From the IMG/VR virus record IMGVR_UViG_3300008266_000118: a DNA stretch of 64,000 nt. One strand, given 5' to 3'. This DNA is from a virus. This document shows, piece by piece, positions 57,767-64,000 of this stretch. The notes beneath the pieces were generated by a model. It ran no database searches, was not told the DNA's origin, and was given only the letters and a program-made list of their open reading frames with translations. Numbering within the stretch: position 1 is the stretch's first letter; the number at the start of each line of letters is the position of its first letter. Both the position numbers and the translations under genes were made by a program.

Positions 57767-58747
57767 ATGAAAGACAGATTAGACAGATTAAACGAAGTAC
57801 TTAAAGTACAATCCGCTTCTTATGAGCAGTGGAGAATGTTTGCATTTATCATCAGGAAAATCAAGGAATCTAACTATGATTTTTATGTTGATGATGGCAA
57901 TATTTATATAGAGAAAGGTGATTCTTTTGCCAAGCCTTGTATCGTCGCACACATGGATACCGTGCATCCTATTGCAGAAGACTTATCTATCCTCAATGTT
58001 AGTGGAAAGCTAACAGGTTTCAACAAGGTTACAATGACACAGACAGGTATAGGTGGTGATGACAAGGTAGGTATCTTCATTGCTCTAGAGTGTCTCAACT
58101 TATTTGACAATATCAAAGTAGCTTTCTTCAGGGACGAAGAGGTAGGTTGCGTAGGTAGCTACGTTGCAGATATGGCTTTCTTTGATAACTGCACATTCGT
58201 ACTCCAATGCGACAGAAGAGGCAATAGAGATTTCATTACTACCGCATCAGGCACAGAGTTAAGTTCAAAGGTGTTTCAAAAGACCATCAAGAAAACTATC
58301 AAGAAGTTCGGCTACTCATTCACATCAGGTATGATGACAGATGTTATGGCTCTCAAAGAGAATGGTCTTAGGGTATCATGTGCTAATATCAGCTGCGGAT
58401 ACTACAACCCTCATAGCGATAATGAGTATGTAGTAGTGAAGGATGTGATGAATTGCCTTGACATGGTCATGGATTTGATATACTCATATGGCGATGAAAT
58501 CTTCCCGCATGAGTATGTGAGGACATATCCAAAGTACAATTACAATACTATCAAATGGGAAAGCAAATGGGATAAAAGTCCTTGGAAGAGTGAGTGGGAT
58601 ACCAAGCCTTTGATAGAAAATACATATACACCCAAAAACAAAATGGTTAGCGAGTGTCCATCTTGTAGCATGGTTACTGAATTGATATATGACACCTACT
58701 TCGACTCACATCTATGCTCAGAATGTATCTCTATCTTTGCAAGGTAG
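57767..58747 (+). CDS. M42/M20-family metallopeptidase-like protein with C-terminal zinc ribbon
   Basis: ordered motifs AHMDTVHP, GIGGDDKVGI and DEEVGCVGS match the metal-ligand blocks (H-x-D, D-D-K, E-E) of M42/M20 peptidases; C-terminal CPSC...CSEC. Confidence 0.45.
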   Translation: MKDRLDRLNEVLKVQSASYEQWRMFAFIIRKIKESNYDFYVDDGNIYIEKGDSFAKPCIVAHMDTVHPIAEDLSILNVSGKLTGFNKVTMTQTGIGGDDKVGIFIALECLNLFDNIKVAFFRDEEVGCVGSYVADMAFFDNCTFVLQCDRRGNRDFITTASGTELSSKVFQKTIKKTIKKFGYSFTSGMMTDVMALKENGLRVSCANISCGYYNPHSDNEYVVVKDVMNCLDMVMDLIYSYGDEIFPHEYVRTYPKYNYNTIKWESKWDKSPWKSEWDTKPLIENTYTPKNKMVSECPSCSMVTELIYDTYFDSHLCSECISIFAR

Positions 58748-58800
58748 GCATTCACAATCATCTCTTTCTTTTTTTTTATCTTATAACACAAAAAAAAATT

Positions 58801-59049
58801 ATGACAAAAGTAACAATCTTGGGGCAAAGTGAACCCAAACAAAAAGAATTAAAACCTATTGAGTTTAAAATGAAACTTAGCGACACAACCACCTCTCTTA
58901 AAGAAGCAATTTTAAAGCCAAATAGATGGGATAATATTGAGTTAATAGCATTTAAATATAATGGTGTTTATGATTTAATGTATGCTTATGATGATAATAG
59001 AAATGAAGGACTTTTATACCTCGGACACTTTAATGATGGAGTAGTGTAA
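58801..59049 (+). CDS. hypothetical protein (start trimmed to ATG 58801)
   Basis: track ORF 58714..59049; the upstream part overlaps the previous gene. Confidence 0.35.
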   Translation: MTKVTILGQSEPKQKELKPIEFKMKLSDTTTSLKEAILKPNRWDNIELIAFKYNGVYDLMYAYDDNRNEGLLYLGHFNDGVV

Positions 59050-59051
59050 CT

Positions 59052-59441
59052 ATGGCAACACAATTTTATAAATCAATACCTGAGAGTATTAAGGGTAAAT
59101 TAGAGGAGTATAATAATAAATACCCTTTGACACATGGATTAGGATTAAATAAAATAGTAAATTTAGGAGATGCTTTTTATTTTAGTGATACCCCAGAAGG
59201 TCGTGAATTTTGGATTAAACAAGCATCAAACAACACCTTCCCGCAATGGTCAGACGAACTTAACCGATTCATTGACCCGCCACAAGTTAACGCCATAACC
59301 GTAAATGCAGATGAATATCAGGCTATGAGGGAAGTAATGGTATCTTACCTTAAAGATTTATATCCTAAACCTTTTCTACATGATAGCATACTTGCAGCAG
59401 CTAAGCGTATGGGTATTGACATTAACGAAATAACTAACTAA
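59052..59441 (+). CDS. hypothetical protein
   Basis: 129-aa ORF. Confidence 0.4.
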   Translation: MATQFYKSIPESIKGKLEEYNNKYPLTHGLGLNKIVNLGDAFYFSDTPEGREFWIKQASNNTFPQWSDELNRFIDPPQVNAITVNADEYQAMREVMVSYLKDLYPKPFLHDSILAAAKRMGIDINEITN

Positions 59442-59445
59442 ACTT

Positions 59446-59715
59446 ATGACACAACTAAACGAACTAATCAACAAGCACATTGATAACATTTTATTCAATG
59501 GATGCCAACTATCTAAAGAAATGCTTACCCTTATGTTTGATGGGGTGGTAGCATTGGCGAACCTGCAAGAATCAATGACCTCTAATCAAAGGTATCTCGA
59601 TTCACTTCCTACTGCTTTTGGTAATGGGGGTAATGACCATGTTAACACAATCGGGCAACATATCACTGAACCTGAATCAATAAGTGAAGTTACCGAACAC
59701 CCTAATAAATACTAA
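59446..59715 (+). CDS. hypothetical protein
   Basis: 89-aa ORF. Confidence 0.4.
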   Translation: MTQLNELINKHIDNILFNGCQLSKEMLTLMFDGVVALANLQESMTSNQRYLDSLPTAFGNGGNDHVNTIGQHITEPESISEVTEHPNKY

Positions 59716-59717
59716 CT

Positions 59718-59921
59718 ATGACACAAAAAGAGATAGACAAAGCCATTAATGAAGGCAAAGAGTTAAAATTGATTTTTTATATCAGGCAGAGGGCATATGC
59801 TATTGGTACGACCAAAATAACTGAAAAACAATTTGATGCAGCCCGCATAAGATTTGAAGGTAAATTAGATTTTACGCCCGTTCATAGCGGATTAACAACT
59901 CACATTTATAAACTAAAATAA
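59718..59921 (+). CDS. hypothetical protein
   Basis: 67-aa ORF. Confidence 0.35.
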   Translation: MTQKEIDKAINEGKELKLIFYIRQRAYAIGTTKITEKQFDAARIRFEGKLDFTPVHSGLTTHIYKLK

Positions 59922-60134
59922 ACAACTATGCCAAACATGAGCTATTGTAGGTTTGAGAATACCTACCGAGATTTAAAAGATTGCTACGACAGCCTAGAGG
60001 ACAAACCTTTTGAGGAGTTGAGCGAAAGAGAACAAAAGTATGCCAAGAAACTAATTGAACTTAGTGTTAAGATTTCAGAAGAGCTTGAATACTTACTTAC
60101 TGATTAATACAAACATAAAACAAACAACAAAAAC

Positions 60135-60611
60135 ATGAAAAATTTATTTGAAATCAACCTAAACAAAAATACTTCAATTGAAGTGTTAGACGTAAAAGAG
60201 TGTGTAACACCTAGTATTTACTTGTGTTTCGAGTTTACTATTAAAAGGGATTTATGCTCCACTAAATGTAGGGCGTGGGGGAATTTTTGTAAAATGAAAA
60301 CTTTCTCTAAACAAACTAGAGAAGGAGAGTATGTAGGTTTTGATGACCCCGACTTTGAAATACTTGAGACTAAAATTGGCAATGTAATTGTTGATGATAG
60401 ACATAAACTAAAGAAACAATTAATTGAAATGGGTTTATCTTCACTATCAAACTTCATAGACATCGAAATGGCTGATATTTGCGACACAATAAATAAGATT
60501 GCTAGAGATATGCCCATCATCAAGATGAACTTTGGATATATGCCTATTTACAACGAACTTCCACTTAGACCAACAGAAGAAGAAACAACAGAAGAAAATA
60601 ACAATAATTAA
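60135..60611 (+). CDS. hypothetical protein
   Basis: 158-aa ORF. Confidence 0.4.
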   Translation: MKNLFEINLNKNTSIEVLDVKECVTPSIYLCFEFTIKRDLCSTKCRAWGNFCKMKTFSKQTREGEYVGFDDPDFEILETKIGNVIVDDRHKLKKQLIEMGLSSLSNFIDIEMADICDTINKIARDMPIIKMNFGYMPIYNELPLRPTEEETTEENNNN

Positions 60612-60833
60612 AAAAAATATTAACAAACAAAATGACCATTAAAGAATTAAAAAAAGCTATTTCTAATTGCAATGACAATGATGAAGTAGTAGTAGAAATA
60701 CATGAGGGAGTTCGCCATGAAGATTTGTATGACTTTACAGTTGACAAGATAGATGGGATACACCTCCAAGATGGCACTAAAATTTCGGAAATAAGACTTT
60801 GTATTTAATCACACAAAAACAATAAAAAAAAAT

Positions 60834-61718
60834 ATGACAAAACAAGAAAAAACATTCAATCTGCTTGAAGCTACAGGACTTAATTGGACTGTAAACAAAG
60901 AAAAATTATTTACAACTAACGGCTTAGAAACCGAATCTTATGGCGTCTTTCGTAACGATAACAACGATTGGCTCGGCACGGTGGGTAAGAAGTACACTCC
61001 TATGCAAAATTGGGAACTTGCAGAGACCATCATAGAAGCAACCGAAGGCATTGGCTTATTTACTTCCAAAGGCGGTCTGCTAGATGGTGGGTGTAAAGTA
61101 TACCTACAAGCAGAACTGCCCGATGAGTTTATTGGTCGTTCAGGTGTCAAGAGACACATAACAGCCTTGAACTCTCACGATGGGACGACATCTATCGGGT
61201 TCGGCTCTTCTTCTACGGTTGTGGTATGCGAGAACACTTTCTTTCAAGCCTACAAAGGATTGGATAAGTTCAGGCACTTTGCTAGTGCTAGCGATAATAT
61301 CAAGGCAGCAATAAACGACCTTAGAAAGGCATTAGAGTTAGACCAAATGCTAATGGATAACTTTAAGCGAATGGCAGACATGGAGATGAAAGATGAAATC
61401 GTAGAGAGAGTAATCAAAAAGATTTTCTCTGTAGACCCATCCTCGCAACAAAACGATTATAGCAAGAGGAAGATTAATCAGGTAAATGCTTTTGCATCTG
61501 CCCTCAACAAAGAGATACAACTAGAGGGTAAAACTGTTTGGGGTCTATTCAATGGGGTTACAAGGTATACCAATCATATTGCAGCACCATCTACCAAAGA
61601 AAAGAAAGAAGACTACCTGATGTCGGGTGGTGGATATAAGATATCAAACACCGCATACGACACTATTATGTCTTGGGTTTTAGAGAATAGTCATAAAGAC
61701 TATGTACTTGTAAGTTAG
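60834..61718 (+). CDS. DUF932 (phage/plasmid-like TIGR03299) protein
   Basis: N-terminal LLEATGLNWTVNKEKLF...ESYGVFRNDNNDWLGTVGKKYTPMQNWE matches the DUF932 signature. Confidence 0.5.
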   Translation: MTKQEKTFNLLEATGLNWTVNKEKLFTTNGLETESYGVFRNDNNDWLGTVGKKYTPMQNWELAETIIEATEGIGLFTSKGGLLDGGCKVYLQAELPDEFIGRSGVKRHITALNSHDGTTSIGFGSSSTVVVCENTFFQAYKGLDKFRHFASASDNIKAAINDLRKALELDQMLMDNFKRMADMEMKDEIVERVIKKIFSVDPSSQQNDYSKRKINQVNAFASALNKEIQLEGKTVWGLFNGVTRYTNHIAAPSTKEKKEDYLMSGGGYKISNTAYDTIMSWVLENSHKDYVLVS

Positions 61719-61774
61719 TCATGTTGTAACCTCGAACCCATAGAGCTAAGAGGTTACTTTAATTTTTAAAAGAT

Positions 61775-61960
61775 ATGATACAAATAATAATGATTACTCT
61801 GTTTATCATCTTGGTAAGAAGAGAGTACAAAAACGAGCAAAAAGAATACAGGCAGAAGTATGGAATGAGTAAGAAAGAGTTCCTAGCTATGCGTAAACGT
61901 ATGAACCCCGAAGGTAAAACAAGTCTAAGGCAGTGGATACAAGACTTAGCTAAAAATTAA
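61775..61960 (+). CDS. small membrane/basic protein
   Basis: 61-aa ORF. Confidence 0.3.
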   Translation: MIQIIMITLFIILVRREYKNEQKEYRQKYGMSKKEFLAMRKRMNPEGKTSLRQWIQDLAKN

Positions 61961-62294
61961 AAACAAACGTATGCTAAAAGGATTTTTTATGATTGCACTT
62001 TCAATAGTGTTCTACTACCTGATATTTTCAAACTTCAATCCACATAGTGGTATCTTCCTTACCATGATGAATACGCTAATTTTTGTAGGTGGCGTATCTA
62101 TTGTAGAGGAGGCAGTAAACAATCACAATCATCATCAAAAAAAATAATTATGGATTCAATTTTAAGGGAATGCCCTGAATGCGAGGGAAAAGGAGTTGGA
62201 TACTTTTCCTGTTGCACAGGAGAAAGCGTTAATGAAGAATATGCCATGTGTCCTGAGTGCTTTGAACACTTGGGTCTAGAACAATGCCTGAACT

Positions 62295-62588
62295 GTGATG
62301 GAGCAGGAGTTACTTAGTAAAAAAGATAAAAACAAACGAAAGACCATGTTTAAAATAGTAAGACAGAGCAAGAGATATTGCCTGAAGAGAGTGTTAGGCT
62401 CAACCCTTTACTTCATACAAGACAAAGAGAATGACAAGACAACCGCAATGTTTCAGCAGAAGACAGAGCTGTGGAAGAAGATAAGATACCCTAATCTGTG
62501 CAATAACAAAGATTTTGATGTATACTGCTCAACTGCATTTGATTTACAAACAACAGATTTTAATGAAATCAATTTAATTTTGTCATAA
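62295..62588 (+). CDS. hypothetical protein
   Basis: 97-aa ORF. Confidence 0.35.
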   Translation: MMEQELLSKKDKNKRKTMFKIVRQSKRYCLKRVLGSTLYFIQDKENDKTTAMFQQKTELWKKIRYPNLCNNKDFDVYCSTAFDLQTTDFNEINLILS

Positions 62589-62590
62589 CT

Positions 62591-62788
62591 ATGACACAAG
62601 AACAATTTCAATTTGCTTTACTAAGCTTGGAGTTTAGTGAAGAGTATCGTGAGATGACAGACGAAGAGAAGTGGGAGAACACACCTGCTATGTACAAGGA
62701 TTTTCGTAAGTCTTATTTCTTTGACCCTGAAGCAGACGAAGTAGATTGTATTATTAATTACCTAAAAAACCAAAACAACAATGAATGA
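62591..62788 (+). CDS. hypothetical acidic protein
   Basis: 65-aa ORF. Confidence 0.35.
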   Translation: MTQEQFQFALLSLEFSEEYREMTDEEKWENTPAMYKDFRKSYFFDPEADEVDCIINYLKNQNNNE

Positions 62789-62981
62789 ACAAGAAATCAG
62801 AACTCTATCTAACATGATAGACTCAGAGTTCTACTCAAGACAAAACACAATGGCTAAAGATGAAATATTAGTGTCCATTGCTCAAAAGTTGGGACTCCCA
62901 AACAAAGGTGAGTTGTCAACCGCTTTCCTCAACACCTACGGTAGGGTTGTTATTCACCACCAAATAACATTTGAGTTATGA
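62781..62981 (+). CDS. hypothetical protein
   Basis: 66-aa ORF. Confidence 0.35.
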   Translation: MNEQEIRTLSNMIDSEFYSRQNTMAKDEILVSIAQKLGLPNKGELSTAFLNTYGRVVIHHQITFEL

Positions 62982-63196
62982 CAGAAACACTTGAAGAAGC
63001 CGCTGAAAAATATGCTGACTTCAGTAACGACCATGTTCCCGCAACTTTTGGAGGTAAATTCAATGAAACTACAAAAAGGGATTTCATCGCAGGCGCTAAA
63101 TGGCAGGCAGAAAGAATAATGCAATTATTAAAAGATAATGATTATGAATACGAGGGAGTATATGACCTTTTAGAACAAGAATTTAAAAAGAAATAA
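62978..63196 (+). CDS. hypothetical protein, paralogue of 812..1009
   Basis: shared AGAKWQAER motif and a ...EQEFKKK C-terminus. Confidence 0.5.
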   Translation: MTETLEEAAEKYADFSNDHVPATFGGKFNETTKRDFIAGAKWQAERIMQLLKDNDYEYEGVYDLLEQEFKKK

Positions 63197-63197
63197 C

Positions 63198-63623
63198 ATG
63201 GAAAGAGATTTTATACCATACGAAGAAGCGGTAGAACTCAAGGCATTAGGATTTGATGAACCTTGTTTTGGGTATTATATTAGCCTTGGTGATAATAAAG
63301 AAAACCCATTTAAACTTATAGAGATACAATCAGAAAAAGGACAATTTGAATGGACAGATAATGTTTACTATGCACCACTTTACCAACAAGCATTTAGATG
63401 GTTTAGGGATAATCATGGATTAAAGCATGATATTGATGACCATGTGGGTGCTAAGTTTTATTATAAGATAAAAAGCTTTACAGATAAATATGACAACTAC
63501 GATGACATTGTAAAGCTAATAAGAGAAGAAAAAGACCCTAATAAAATAGAGTTTAACTCCTACGAAGAGGCAGAAATAGAATGCTTAAAAAAACTGATTG
63601 AAATAGTTAAAAAGAAAAAATAA
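63198..63623 (+). CDS. hypothetical protein
   Basis: 141-aa ORF. Confidence 0.4.
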   Translation: MERDFIPYEEAVELKALGFDEPCFGYYISLGDNKENPFKLIEIQSEKGQFEWTDNVYYAPLYQQAFRWFRDNHGLKHDIDDHVGAKFYYKIKSFTDKYDNYDDIVKLIREEKDPNKIEFNSYEEAEIECLKKLIEIVKKKK

Positions 63624-64000
63624 TGGAAAACATGGAAATGAAACCCGAAAGCATCCTTGCGTTATTCACAGGGTGTGATGCCCAACAGAGAGCATCCTTT
63701 ACTTCACAGATTATTGATGGACTAGATGGAGGATATATAGACCCTCTTAAAATTATGTCGTCAATAAAAAACCTGCAAGCTATCTTAACTGACATCGAAG
63801 CATTCGCAAAACCAATGGTTATCGAAGAACTAGAAAAGAATGGCGGTAAATTAGAATTGTATGGTATGTCCTTGCAAAAGAAAGAAGGAGGTACTAAGTA
63901 CGACTTCAGTAAGACAAACGATTTGACCTACTCAGAACTATCAGCTAAATTAGAAAACGCAAAGAAGAGTCTAAAAGAAAGAGAAGACTTCCTGAAATCA
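63624..64000 (+). CDS. hypothetical protein, 3'-truncated at window end
   Basis: ATG at 63624 (MENMEMKPESIL...) stays open to the window end. Confidence 0.4.

Overview
This 64 kb window reads as a near-complete, AT-rich double-stranded DNA phage genome, apparently from a Bacteroidetes host. The host call rests on repeated TAnnTTTG promoter boxes matching the Bacteroidetes -7 consensus, SC-lipobox lipoproteins and frequent leaderless starts. Start codons in the ORF track include TTG, so several starts are uncertain.

Layout:
- 1-7.2 kb (+): early and nucleotide-metabolism genes. These include a DEDDh 3'-5' exonuclease, a MazG-like pyrophosphohydrolase, a DUF4406-like protein, a RusA resolvase and an SPFH-like lipoprotein.
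- 7.3-45.4 kb (-): one long leftward late region. In transcription order it runs: giant virion proteins (a 1850-aa protein with a PARP-like ADP-ribosyltransferase plus an HExxH PolyVal-type metallopeptidase, a ferritin-like small protein, a 1311-aa protein), tail-fibre genes, terminase, portal, an opposite-strand HTH moron, scaffold, major capsid, a Ser/Thr-rich abundant protein, a two-domain glycosyltransferase, more structural genes, a 1402-aa protein, a fibre, and a lysis cassette (two holin-like genes, a YkuD-like enzyme, a candidate u-spanin).
- 45.4-50.1 kb (+): replication module. It holds a CoiA-like nuclease, a DUF4373 protein, a primase-helicase and a small OB-like protein ending in an SSB-type DDLPF tail.
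- 50.1-56.5 kb: accessory region. It has four tRNA-like elements (two full length with no canonical anticodon arm, two acceptor/T-arm minihelices), an HNH homing endonuclease, small lysine-rich proteins, and a divergent non-coding region with iteron-like repeats that is a candidate origin.
- 56.5-64 kb (+): further early genes, including an M42/M20-like peptidase, a DUF932 protein and a paralogue of a window-start gene.

All calls come from manual motif reading with no database searches, so family assignments are hypotheses.
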